Origin: Bacteroidota bacterium
GTDB taxonomy: Bacteria; Bacteroidota; Bacteroidia; Bacteroidales; UBA7960
NCBI GenBank assembly: GCA_018335675.1
Contig: JAGXRQ010000129.1
Coordinates: forward strand, 6,253-70,252
Reading direction: 5' to 3'
DNA: 64,000 nt
Under the pieces are notes generated by a model. It was not told where the DNA came from. It was given only the letters and a program-made list of their open reading frames with translations, and made no database searches. The translations under genes and the position numbers were made by a program. Below are positions 8,825 through 19,716 of the stretch, piece after piece (position 1 is the stretch's first letter; each line of letters begins with the position of its first letter).

Positions 8825-9583
8825 ATGATTAATATTTCAGTAGTATCTTATCTTAATTCACTTCCTTTCCTATATGGAATTAATAGTTCAAAATTCTTTA
8901 AAGATATTAATCTTACCACGGAGCTGCCTTTTGAGAGTGCTAATAGTTTTAAAAATGGTAGGGCAGATATCGCTTTAGTGCCCGTTGGTTCATTACCATT
9001 GCTTTCCAATTATAAAGTAATATCTGATTATTGTATTGGTTCTGATGGCCCTGTGCGAACGGTATTACTTTTAAGCAATACCGAGTTACCTAAGATAAAA
9101 ACAATTCATCTCGACTTTCATTCCCTAACATCTGTAAAGCTTGTTAAAATACTTGCCGAATCCTTCTGGAAAATTTCACCGCATTACATTAATACTTCTA
9201 TCAACAAGTATGTTGATAACCATCATTTTGAATCAGCGGTTTTGATTGGAGACAAAACATTTGAACTTGTCAACCAATATAAGTATTCATACGACCTTGC
9301 TGAAGAGTGGAAAAAGTATACAGGCTTACCTTTTGTATTTGCCTGTTGGGTTGGAAAAGAAAATATTAGCAGTGAAATCGTAGATGCTTTGAATAGTGCA
9401 TTTAAATTCGGAATCGAAAATCTTGACTTTGTTGCAGAGAAATACAAAGATCAAATTATACTCACAAAGTCGGAAATTCTAAGTTATTACAATGAAAATA
9501 TAAAATATCATCTTGGAGAAGAGCAAAAAAAAAGCATGGATAAGTTTTTATCCATGCTAAAGCTATCTAAGATGTATATTTAG
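8825..9583 (+). CDS. mqnA: Chorismate dehydratase MqnA (futalosine route to menaquinone)
   Basis: 252 aa. The N-terminus ISVVSYLNSLPFLYGI...GRADIALVPVGSL fits the MqnA/VitK2_biosynth family. MqnD has a different N-terminus. Confidence 0.7.
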   Translation: MINISVVSYLNSLPFLYGINSSKFFKDINLTTELPFESANSFKNGRADIALVPVGSLPLLSNYKVISDYCIGSDGPVRTVLLLSNTELPKIKTIHLDFHSLTSVKLVKILAESFWKISPHYINTSINKYVDNHHFESAVLIGDKTFELVNQYKYSYDLAEEWKKYTGLPFVFACWVGKENISSEIVDALNSAFKFGIENLDFVAEKYKDQIILTKSEILSYYNENIKYHLGEEQKKSMDKFLSMLKLSKMYI

Positions 9584-11509
9584 CTATTTTTTCTTCTTTT
9601 GAGCTTCGGCAATTTGTTTCATTTTTTCCTGCCATTTACTCTGTTTAACAGGTTTTTTCTTATTCTCTTCAATTTTGGCTCTAAGTGCATCTTCATCAAT
9701 AAACTGTTGGATTAGATACATTTGGCCAAGACTTATAGCATTTGCAAGAAAATAATAATAACTCAACCCTGATGCAAAGCTGTTAAAAATAAAAAGCAAC
9801 ATAACCGGCATCATATACATCATTGTTTTCATTCCCGGCATTTGGTTGGCGCTTCCTGTCATTTGAGTATTCATCCTTGTGTAAATAATCGTCGAAACTG
9901 CCATAAGGATTGTAAATAAACTAACATGACTGCCATAGAAAGGAATTGTAAATGGAAGATCAAAAATTGAATCGTATGAAGAAAGGTCGTCTGCCCATAA
10001 AAACGCTTCCTGACGGAGTTCTATTGAAGCAGGGAAAAATCTAAAAAGTGCCAAAAGAATAGGAAGCTGAAGCAACATAGGGATACAGCCTGCCATAGGG
10101 TTAACTCCTGCTTTCTTATATAAAGCCATTGTTGCTTGCTGCTTTTTCATAGAATCTTCTTTCTTAGGAAATTTCTTACCTAACTCCTCAATGTCCGGCT
10201 TTAACACCCTCATTTTTGCAGATGAAATGTATGTTTTATAAGCAATTGGCAATAAAACAATTTTAAGCATTATAGTAAGCAGAAGAATAATTAATCCATA
10301 CCCTAGATTCATAGAATCTAACCAATTGAAGATAGGGATTACAATAAATCTATTAATCCAAGACATTAAGAAGAAACTCCAACCCAATGGTATTTGTCTT
10401 TCCAGCTTTAAATCATAAGCACTTAAGGTTTGATAATGATTTGGCCCCAAATAAAGGTTCATTGCAATATTGTTATCAGATCTTACATCATACTCAATAT
10501 CTATAGAAGCGCTCATTCTTCTTACAAAATTGGGTGATTCCTCCTCATTTAAAGTGATAGCTTGAATATCTGCATTCTTAAAATGCTCTTTTGCAATAAG
10601 GCTAATTGAGAAGAACTGCTGTTTAAATGAAATCCATTTTATATTAGTTCTTAGATCTTCTCTGTCGTCTTTGTTTTCGCTTAAATATGATACCTCGTCA
10701 TTAACATAATGATAATGTATAGTTGTATTTCTCTGCTCGTTTACATAGCTCTTTTCCTGTTTTGGAGAGAACATATCCCACTTTATGTTGATGAAAGGAA
10801 CATTCTGAGATATTATACCTTGCATGCCAACAAAGCGAATGTCAAAGTCAATCATATAATCATTGCCTTTCAAACCATAATATAATTCAATATATTGAGG
10901 ATTTTCTATTGCTGGATCTGATATATACATGCGCATACCAAATTCAAGAGAATCGTTGCCGCTTACATTAAATTGTTTTTTGCCCGGTTGACTTTCTTCA
11001 TATGGGTGCGAAATAAAAAACAAATCACTGGTAGATATTAATTTGTTGGCGTAATAAAAATTGACGGCAAAGTCATTGTATTCTTCAATAAAGAGTGATA
11101 AAGGATTTTGGTCTGATGTTTTATAGTTTTTCAATTCAGCATTTGTAATAAAACCTCCTTTGGTACTAATTGTAAGCTTTATCAGTTCATTTTCCAGATA
11201 GTAATAATCATTTTCTCCAATTGTATTGGCAGCAAAAATTCCATACTTATCATTATCCTGAACACCTTCTGTGTTAGTTTTTATATCTGCTTGCTTATCA
11301 GCTTCTTTTGGAGTTTCTGTTGGTAAATCATTAGCATTAAATCCATCAACAGATTTAGCTGCTTCAGCATTTTGCCTATTTACCTCTGCAATGCTGTCTT
11401 GTCTAATTCTGGCTTTTTCTCTATCTTCGGCAGATGGAGTAGACCAAATGCTATAAACTAATAAAATACCTATTATTACAACAATTCCGATAATATTATC
11501 TCTACTCAT
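9584..11509 (-). CDS. yidC: Membrane protein insertase YidC
   Basis: 641 aa with a large periplasmic N-domain. The conserved core is MALYKKAGVNPMAGCIPMLLQLPILLALFRFF. The C-terminal tail is basic. Confidence 0.95.
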   Translation of the reverse strand: MSRDNIIGIVVIIGILLVYSIWSTPSAEDREKARIRQDSIAEVNRQNAEAAKSVDGFNANDLPTETPKEADKQADIKTNTEGVQDNDKYGIFAANTIGENDYYYLENELIKLTISTKGGFITNAELKNYKTSDQNPLSLFIEEYNDFAVNFYYANKLISTSDLFFISHPYEESQPGKKQFNVSGNDSLEFGMRMYISDPAIENPQYIELYYGLKGNDYMIDFDIRFVGMQGIISQNVPFINIKWDMFSPKQEKSYVNEQRNTTIHYHYVNDEVSYLSENKDDREDLRTNIKWISFKQQFFSISLIAKEHFKNADIQAITLNEEESPNFVRRMSASIDIEYDVRSDNNIAMNLYLGPNHYQTLSAYDLKLERQIPLGWSFFLMSWINRFIVIPIFNWLDSMNLGYGLIILLLTIMLKIVLLPIAYKTYISSAKMRVLKPDIEELGKKFPKKEDSMKKQQATMALYKKAGVNPMAGCIPMLLQLPILLALFRFFPASIELRQEAFLWADDLSSYDSIFDLPFTIPFYGSHVSLFTILMAVSTIIYTRMNTQMTGSANQMPGMKTMMYMMPVMLLFIFNSFASGLSYYYFLANAISLGQMYLIQQFIDEDALRAKIEENKKKPVKQSKWQEKMKQIAEAQKKKK

Positions 11510-11532
11510 TTTTTGATTTTTTTAATGGATTG

Positions 11533-11540
11533 CAAATATA
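11533..11540 (-). promoter_or_regulatory. Candidate -7 element TATATTTG for yidC
   Basis: The plus strand reads CAAATATA, which is TATATTTG on the minus strand. It lies 24 nt upstream of the yidC ATG at 11509. Confidence 0.35.
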
Positions 11541-11621
11541 TATTATTTTTAGTAAATGGCTTGAAAAATCTAGAAAATGTTAGGTTATTTATGTGCCAAG
11601 AATACAACTTGCAAATGTATT

Positions 11622-11672
11622 CCTGAAAATAATTACAATGTTTCGAAATGTAATATTGTAATTATTTTCAGG
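11622..11672 (-). terminator. 18-bp perfect inverted repeat immediately downstream of pyrG (terminator or attenuator-like hairpin)
   Basis: CCTGAAAATAATTACAAT (11622-11639) and ATTGTAATTATTTTCAGG (11655-11672) flank a 15-nt loop that contains the palindrome TTTCGAAA. The hairpin begins 2 nt after the pyrG stop. No clear U-tract follows it on the minus strand. Confidence 0.45.
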
Positions 11673-11673
11673 A

Positions 11674-13317
<1,644 letters not shown>

Positions 13318-13436
13318 TTAAGTTTTCGCTTGCGAATGTAAGAAAAGATTAGAAATTATCAGAGCATATAACCCAAATTAATTTTATTTTTTGGTAATTA
13401 ACGATTATTATAGGATTGAAGGAAATAAAATAATAC

Positions 13437-13444
13437 TAATTTTG
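13437..13444 (+). promoter_or_regulatory. Candidate -7 element TAATTTTG
   Basis: Matches TAnnTTTG and lies 37 nt upstream of the ATG at 13481. Confidence 0.35.
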
Positions 13445-13480
13445 TGTAGCTCACGGATTTATTAATTAACTGCCAAATCA

Positions 13481-13861
13481 ATGGATATAAAATTTTTTGT
13501 TAAAATAGCCAGATCGTTTCTAGGATTAGTTCTTTTAATTTTTGGTATTAATTATTTTACCGGTTTTTTAGGCATTCCAATACCGGATGGTAATGGAGCT
13601 CTTTTTATTGAAACAATGGGAAATATTGGATTCTTTTTTCCTTTAATGGCGGCCTTGGTTATCGCTTTAGGAATTTGTCTAGTGGGTAATATTTTTGTTT
13701 CTCCAGCATTACTTATCTTGTTCCCGATAAATATTAATATACTGCTTTTCAATGTGTTGTATAGCCCAATAAATATGTCATTAAGTATTGTAATGTTTCT
13801 GGCGCATTTATTTTTGCTGTGGTATTATAGGAAACAATACATTAATAATAAGCAACAATAA
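13481..13861 (+). CDS. Small polytopic membrane protein (about 4 TM helices), function unknown
   Basis: 126 aa with four hydrophobic stretches. No motif recognised. Confidence 0.5.
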   Translation: MDIKFFVKIARSFLGLVLLIFGINYFTGFLGIPIPDGNGALFIETMGNIGFFFPLMAALVIALGICLVGNIFVSPALLILFPININILLFNVLYSPINMSLSIVMFLAHLFLLWYYRKQYINNKQQ

Positions 13862-13870
13862 ATAGTTTTG

Positions 13871-14527
13871 TTATTTTCCGAGGTTTTTTAGCTGTTTAAT
13901 ATAATCAGTAGGATTTTCAGCTTTAAATACTGCGCTACCCGAAACTAGTACATTTGCACCTGCATTAACTAAGTTTTCTACATTACTTATATCAACTCCT
14001 CCGTCAACTTCAATAAGTGCCTTACTATTTGTTTGTTCAATAAGCTCTTTTAGTCTTGATATTCTTTGATAACTTGATTTAATGAAGCTTTGGCCACCAA
14101 ATCCGGGATTTACAGACATAATCAATGCCAAATCAACTTCAGGAAGAATATCTTTTAAAAGGTCAACACTAACATGAGGATTAATTACAACGCCGGCCTT
14201 CATTCCAAGTTTTTTTATCTGATTTACAGTTCTATGTAGGTGATTGCAGGTTTCATAATGAACAGTCAAAATATCTGCGCCTGATTTTTTAAATTCTTCA
14301 AGATATTTATCAGGTTCGCTTATCATAAGATGAACATCAAGGGGCTTTTTTGCAATCGACTTAATTTGAGATATAATTGAAAATCCGAAAGAAATGTTAG
14401 GTACAAAATGACCATCCATTACATCTACATGGAACCAATCAGCCATGCTGTTATTAATCATTTCAATGTCCTTCTCAAGATTAAGAAAATTCGCGGAAAG
14501 TAAAGAGGGTGCGATAAGGTGCTGCAT
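13871..14527 (-). CDS. rpe: Ribulose-phosphate 3-epimerase
   Basis: APSLLSANF, HVDVMDGHFVPN, MSVNPGFGGQ and VDGG are canonical Rpe motifs. Confidence 0.95.
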   Translation of the reverse strand: MQHLIAPSLLSANFLNLEKDIEMINNSMADWFHVDVMDGHFVPNISFGFSIISQIKSIAKKPLDVHLMISEPDKYLEEFKKSGADILTVHYETCNHLHRTVNQIKKLGMKAGVVINPHVSVDLLKDILPEVDLALIMSVNPGFGGQSFIKSSYQRISRLKELIEQTNSKALIEVDGGVDISNVENLVNAGANVLVSGSAVFKAENPTDYIKQLKNLGK

Positions 14528-14540
14528 ATGTTTTTTCTTG

Positions 14541-14548
14541 CAAATTTA
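14541..14548 (-). promoter_or_regulatory. Candidate -7 element TAAATTTG for rpe
   Basis: The plus strand reads CAAATTTA. It lies 14 nt upstream of the rpe ATG at 14527. Confidence 0.35.
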
Positions 14549-14815
14549 ATAAAGTTATTGTTAGTTAATAGAATTCTCAATTATGATAAACTGAGCTGAA
14601 TTGATTTTTATAATTAATAAACTTCTTATTATCCGTTTTATTAACAATACGTTGAAAACTAATAAACGCCTATAAAACAGTTATTTAAATAAAAAGTTTG
14701 GTACAAATCGAATAAGACCATAATAAATTTTTTTTTCAAAAATAATTTTTGTGTATGTTTGTAAAGCTTTAGAAATTTTAACAAATAACAAATACAATAA
14801 TTATTACTTGGTTAT

Positions 14816-15211
14816 ATGGATATTCATTCAAACGATGTTTTTCACATAAAAGGCACAGATGATACGCCTGAGGTACTTATAGATCCTGAAAAAGGTCTGA
14901 TAAAATTTTCAGGACGTTCTTTGCCGGAAGACCCTAAAGAGTTTTATATTCCAATAAAGGAAAACTTGGAAAAATATGCTGAAACTCCCACAAGTGGAAC
15001 AAAAGTTATATTCAAGTTTGAATATTTCAATACGGCATCGTCAAAAATAATTATGGAAATTATAGATATTGTTAAAAAAATATCAGCAAAAGATGATAAA
15101 GTTGTATACGAATGGCATTATCTTGAAGATGATGATGATATGAAAGAAGCAGGAGATGACTATGCAGATATTGCAGAGATTGAATTTAATTTTTACACAT
15201 ACGATGACTAG
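14816..15211 (+). CDS. SiaC-family (DUF1987) regulatory phosphoprotein-like protein
   Basis: 131 aa. IKGTDDTPEVLIDPEKGLIKFSGRSLPEDPKEFY ... FEYFNTASSKIIMEII ... YEWHY follows the same layout as Pseudomonas SiaC (GTQSTP..G.L...G.SYPEN ... LNTSS.K ... WHY). The C-terminus is acidic. Confidence 0.7.
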   Translation: MDIHSNDVFHIKGTDDTPEVLIDPEKGLIKFSGRSLPEDPKEFYIPIKENLEKYAETPTSGTKVIFKFEYFNTASSKIIMEIIDIVKKISAKDDKVVYEWHYLEDDDDMKEAGDDYADIAEIEFNFYTYDD

Positions 15212-15249
15212 AAATACCTTTACCAATTTTGCCAAACAAAAACCAAACA

Positions 15250-15278
15250 AAAAGCCTTTTCAATTTGAAAAGGCTTTT
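15250..15278. terminator. Bidirectional rho-independent terminator between convergent genes
   Basis: AAAAGCCTTTTC-AATTT-GAAAAGGCTTTT is a perfect 12-bp stem, flanked by an A-run on one side and a T-run on the other. Confidence 0.75.
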
Positions 15279-15287
15279 GTTTTATAA

Positions 15288-16187
15288 TTACCATAGAGGA
15301 GAGGGGTATTTCCCTTTTTCTGCCAGGTGTTTTAGCTTTTCTTTAACAATTGGCTTATCGCCAGCGTATGTTACTCCAAACCATTCTGCCGAAGTAGGAA
15401 GAACCTTGCATTGAATTTCATTTTTCTCAATAAGGTTGTTTATTATCAAGGGGATATAAAACTCAGATTTAGAATTGTTAATATTATTTTTTAGAAATTC
15501 TTTGAAAAGATTGTCGGCATGTTCGAAATAGACAGGAGTAAACCCCCAGCAATTCATAGAAACAATAGAATCTTCATTAATTTCTACTTGATTATTGTTT
15601 TCATCAGTAAAACAAACCTTATTTTTAATTCTTTCAATTTTAGTTCTTTCAACAACATTTTTCACGTAGTGATTTTCAACAGTGCAAACGCCTCTTGATA
15701 CGTAGCCTTGCTCAGAAAGAGTATTCCCCAATCTATAGCCAACCATAAATGCATCACTTTTTTTAATGTCTGGCTTTGATAACTCTTCAGCTAATACTTT
15801 GAATGCGTCGTTTCCATAAAAATCATCTGCATTAATAACAGCAAAAGGCTCTTTAACAGCATTTCTTGCCACCCATACTGCATGTCCTGTTCCCCATGGT
15901 TTTTCTCTGTCTTCTGGACAATTAAATCCTTCAGGAAGCATATCAAGCTCCTGATAAACCAATTCGTAAGGTACTTTGCCTTTAAATCTTTTAGAAAAAA
16001 CTTCATCAAATTCTTTTTCAATGTTTTTTCTTATAATAAAAACAATTTTTCCAAATCCATTCCTCAAAGCATCAAAAACAGAGTATTCAATGATTGTTTC
16101 ACCATTAGGTCCAATACCATCTATTTGTTTAAGGCTTCCATATCTGCTACCCATTCCAGCAGCAAGAATTACTAATGTAGGTTTCAT
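15288..16187 (-). CDS. Sugar-phosphate nucleotidyltransferase family protein
   Basis: The N-terminus LVILAAGMGSRYGSLKQID is the G-x-G-t-R nucleotidyltransferase loop. 299 aa. Substrate not assignable. Confidence 0.75.
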   Translation of the reverse strand: MKPTLVILAAGMGSRYGSLKQIDGIGPNGETIIEYSVFDALRNGFGKIVFIIRKNIEKEFDEVFSKRFKGKVPYELVYQELDMLPEGFNCPEDREKPWGTGHAVWVARNAVKEPFAVINADDFYGNDAFKVLAEELSKPDIKKSDAFMVGYRLGNTLSEQGYVSRGVCTVENHYVKNVVERTKIERIKNKVCFTDENNNQVEINEDSIVSMNCWGFTPVYFEHADNLFKEFLKNNINNSKSEFYIPLIINNLIEKNEIQCKVLPTSAEWFGVTYAGDKPIVKEKLKHLAEKGKYPSPLW

Positions 16188-16204
16188 AAAGAGATTGCTA
16201 ATTA

Positions 16205-16726
16205 TTAAAAATTATGAGTAACACCACCCCTAATAATAGGATTTTTTGCAGGAGAGTTTGGGTCAAGTAAAACATCATATAATATCATTCCATATGCTGT
16301 TGTACTTGAAGATATTGGGATTCGATATCCAACTCCAACGGGTAATGAAGTAACCCATTTGCGATTTCCAGTTGCAGGCAAGCCTATATTCATTAATTGA
16401 ACTTCAGCATGTCCGAATATATCTTTATAAAATGTTACCTGAGTAAAAACCCTGGCTCCAAATGCATACTCAGCTTCTTTTTTATCCCTGTGCGCATATG
16501 AGTAAAATGGCGAAAATCCAAAATCTACAATACTTACTCTATATCCAATAAGAGGAGCAATGTCTAAATAATACCCTTCGTTATAGTTTACACTAACATT
16601 TCCACCTGTGTATAGTTGTCCGTTTACATTAAATGAAAACAATAGTCCAACTATTGTAAGAAATAATAACCTATATACATTTTTCGTGAAATGCTTTCCG
16701 GAATCTTTTGTTTTAATCGTTTCCAT
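16205..16726 (-). CDS. Small predicted outer-membrane beta-barrel protein
   Basis: Signal-anchor N-terminus, alternating aromatic/hydrophobic pattern and a C-terminal Phe (GGVTHNF). Confidence 0.45.
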   Translation of the reverse strand: METIKTKDSGKHFTKNVYRLLFLTIVGLLFSFNVNGQLYTGGNVSVNYNEGYYLDIAPLIGYRVSIVDFGFSPFYSYAHRDKKEAEYAFGARVFTQVTFYKDIFGHAEVQLMNIGLPATGNRKWVTSLPVGVGYRIPISSSTTAYGMILYDVLLDPNSPAKNPIIRGGVTHNF

Positions 16727-16749
16727 AATATTTTATTTTGGTTTATAGA

Positions 16750-17469
16750 CTAGATATTTTTAGCTAATACATCAGCAATATGAATTGTTTTTATTGGGAG
16801 GTCATTTTTATCTATGTATGATTGTAAATGCATTAAACAACTTCCTTCAGTGCTAATAATATATTCAGCACCGGTAATTATGGCATTATCAATTTTTTGC
16901 TGAGCCATTGCGGTTGAAATTGCTTCATGTTTAACCGAAAAAGTTCCCCCAAAACCACAACAAACATCACTTTTTTCCATTTCAATAATTTCGAGACCCT
17001 TTACGTTGGCAAGCAATTGCCTTGGTTCATCGCCAAGCTTGTATTCTCTTAATGCTGAGCAAGAATCGTGAATTGTTGCTTTTGCCTTAAACTCTGAATT
17101 GAAATTTTTGATTTTAAGCACATTTACTAAGAAATCGGTCAATTCATATATTCTTTTTGTAAGATTTCGAGCTTCAAGATGGTATGAAGAATTGTCAAAT
17201 AAAGTAGGATAATGATTTCTTACCATTCCAATACATGATGCAGAAGGACCAACAACATAGTTGTTTGTATTAAAGTCATTAATAAACTTTGCTGCAACTT
17301 CTTTAGCCTCATCAAAGAAACCACCATTCAACGCCATTTGTCCACAGCAGGTTTGTTTAGGATTATAATTAACTTTCACCCCAGCTTTTTTCAGTATCTT
17401 AACCATACTGATACCGGTTTCGGGTGAAACCTGATCAATAAAACAAGGGATAAAAATATCAACTTCCAT
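16750..17469 (-). CDS. lutA: (Fe-S) oxidoreductase with CCG domains, LutA/YkgE-like
   Basis: 239 aa. FIPCFIDQ...KQTCCGQ and SDVCCGFGG are the two CCG cysteine motifs. Confidence 0.75.
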   Translation of the reverse strand: MEVDIFIPCFIDQVSPETGISMVKILKKAGVKVNYNPKQTCCGQMALNGGFFDEAKEVAAKFINDFNTNNYVVGPSASCIGMVRNHYPTLFDNSSYHLEARNLTKRIYELTDFLVNVLKIKNFNSEFKAKATIHDSCSALREYKLGDEPRQLLANVKGLEIIEMEKSDVCCGFGGTFSVKHEAISTAMAQQKIDNAIITGAEYIISTEGSCLMHLQSYIDKNDLPIKTIHIADVLAKNI

Positions 17470-17524
17470 AATTATTCAAATTAACATTCAAAAATACTAG
17501 AAATAATCAAAACCCAGCGCTGAT

Positions 17525-18307
17525 TTATAATCTTTGCCTGTTTACTTCGAATAAAACAATTCCTGCAGCAACAGAAACATTTAGTGAAGCTGTTTTTCCT
17601 TTCATAGGAATAGAAGCTTTAGAATCGACCAGCTTTAAAATGTATGGAGAAATACCTTTATCTTCAGATCCCATTATTATTGCAACCGGCTTGGTCAGGT
17701 CTTCTGAGTAAATTGTACCGGGTGCTTTTTCTGTACAAGCAATGATAGATATTTCGCAAAGCCTTAGAAATTCTATTGTTTCCATAAGATCCTTTTCTCT
17801 GCATACCGGCATTCTTGACAATGCACCTGCAGATGTTTTAATAGCTTCTGCATTTATTGGAGCACTTCCTTTTTCCTGAATTATAATCCCGTGTGCCCCT
17901 GCGCACTCAGCACTACGAGCAATTGCACCAAGATTTCTGATATCTGTTACTTTATCCAAAATTATAATCAGTGGAATATCATCAGTTTTGGTGATATTTT
18001 TTATCAATTCTTCTACAGTAATGTAGTTTATAAGAGGTAAAAAAGCAATAACTCCCTGATGATTTCCCTTTGAAATCTTGTTGAGTTTCTCGATAGGAAC
18101 CATTTGGAATGGGATGTTGAGCTTTCTAATTAAATGAAATAAGCTTTTGAAATTATCTCCCGATGGTCCTTGTTGAAAAAGAACTTTCTCAGGAATTTTA
18201 CCTTCTTTGATTGCCTCATGTATAGGGCGAATACCATAAATTAAATTTTCCAATTCTGTACTGTTTTGTTTGTTTATTTTCTCCAATTTTCTATTCCTAG
18301 GTACCAT
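17525..18307 (-). CDS. rlmB: 23S rRNA 2'-O-ribose (Gm2251) methyltransferase, SpoU/TrmH family
   Basis: N-terminal substrate-binding part IYGIRPIHEAI. C-terminal SpoU motifs NLGAIARSAE, MGSEDKGIS and SLNVSVAAGI. Confidence 0.8.
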   Translation of the reverse strand: MVPRNRKLEKINKQNSTELENLIYGIRPIHEAIKEGKIPEKVLFQQGPSGDNFKSLFHLIRKLNIPFQMVPIEKLNKISKGNHQGVIAFLPLINYITVEELIKNITKTDDIPLIIILDKVTDIRNLGAIARSAECAGAHGIIIQEKGSAPINAEAIKTSAGALSRMPVCREKDLMETIEFLRLCEISIIACTEKAPGTIYSEDLTKPVAIIMGSEDKGISPYILKLVDSKASIPMKGKTASLNVSVAAGIVLFEVNRQRL

Positions 18308-19533
18308 GGATTTCTATAGTCTGCCTTTCTTTTTAAGACATAATGATTATCAGAGTAAGGATGCGACTTTTTAATGAATTCAAACTGTAATTCATTCATT
18401 CTCCAGGTATCTTTATAATGCCAGACTTCAAAACCATCATTTAAGATAACTATATCCGGCGCCCCAAAGATAGTATAAATCATGCCTCGATCTGTTTTCC
18501 AACCTTCTTTATATGAAGTGAAAAATATATTTGATAATTGGACATTGTTATAATAGCGGCTAACCAGACTTCTTGCTCTTACAGGATCTCCTGCAACTCC
18601 TACCCAAAATCTATCTATTGCACCACGCAAATCAGCGCTTTCTGAAACAGCCGAAAACTCAGTATTTGAAACTATATATCTTATAGGATTTAACATTGAT
18701 TGGTAAGATGTTAATTTTGGATATCCATCATGAAAATAAAACAAAGAAAACCCATTGAAAGTTTCATCACCATGAAAAAAACGACAATGACCATTTTTGT
18801 CAATATTTACTATAGCCTCACCATCAATAAATTTAATAATACCAATAGATTTAGTATTAATTTCTTCATCTGTAATGGTTTCTTCTAAAAAAGGTGGTCG
18901 TGCGGGTTTTAAATCTTCACTAATAAGCATTGCATTCATTTGAAAATCTGCTTTACTGTTGTGGTTTAACTTAATTACTGAAGAATTTGCAATGAAATTT
19001 GAAAAAGCCATTTCTCCGCCTGAGTTGTATATTTTGAAGTTTTGTGAGGAGTATGCATGCTGTTTTTTTATCTCATAAATATATGAAAGTTCAGACTTTT
19101 TATTGTGGTCGATAATTTTCAAATGCATTATATAATCGTTTCCGCTCTTGGCTTTAAATACGATGCTGTCTTGTATATACTTACCGGATTCAAAATGAAC
19201 AGAGTCTATTAATAATACAGATGCACTGTCTAAGGGTTTTGTAGAATTATATGAAGTAATAATATTGTAGCTAAGTGTAATTTTTGATTTAAACTTTGCT
19301 TCATCAGGCTTTTTTATGTAATGAAGTTCGTCTGATTTGATCCTGAAATAGAGTATCGATTCTTCATCATTCTGATGATAAATAATTACTTCTGGATTTA
19401 TTTCGGATAATTCCTGCTTATAAATATTCTGGAGGTTAAGATTGCTTACTTTTACTAATGTTCTGCATCCCCAAAGTGTAAAAAGCAGAAATAAAGTCAG
19501 GTTCAAACTATAAAATAATCTTCTATCCTTCAT
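18274..19533 (-). CDS. GWxTD domain-containing protein (secreted)
   Basis: The literal motif GWKTDRGMIYTIFGAPD lies near the C-terminus. The N-terminus has a signal or lipoprotein sequence (LWGC). Confidence 0.75.
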   Translation of the reverse strand: MKDRRLFYSLNLTLFLLFTLWGCRTLVKVSNLNLQNIYKQELSEINPEVIIYHQNDEESILYFRIKSDELHYIKKPDEAKFKSKITLSYNIITSYNSTKPLDSASVLLIDSVHFESGKYIQDSIVFKAKSGNDYIMHLKIIDHNKKSELSYIYEIKKQHAYSSQNFKIYNSGGEMAFSNFIANSSVIKLNHNSKADFQMNAMLISEDLKPARPPFLEETITDEEINTKSIGIIKFIDGEAIVNIDKNGHCRFFHGDETFNGFSLFYFHDGYPKLTSYQSMLNPIRYIVSNTEFSAVSESADLRGAIDRFWVGVAGDPVRARSLVSRYYNNVQLSNIFFTSYKEGWKTDRGMIYTIFGAPDIVILNDGFEVWHYKDTWRMNELQFEFIKKSHPYSDNHYVLKRKADYRNPWYLGIENWRK

Positions 19534-19716
19534 AATGAAAGTTTTTTCAAATATCGGAATTTTTTCTAAAATGCATTAATACTGTAATTTATTTGCGAGA
19601 TTAAGCAATATGTCTTAAAGTTTTGATATAGCAGCTAATTGCTCATAAAACTAAGGGAAACACTTAGTTTTTTATGTGATTTATGTTTAAATTTGACTTT
19701 CCTAAAAATAATAATC

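Noticed and set aside
15229-15414. 61-aa plus-strand ORF
   Set aside because: It spans the bidirectional terminator hairpin and then runs antisense to the 3' end of the nucleotidyltransferase gene. It has no motif.
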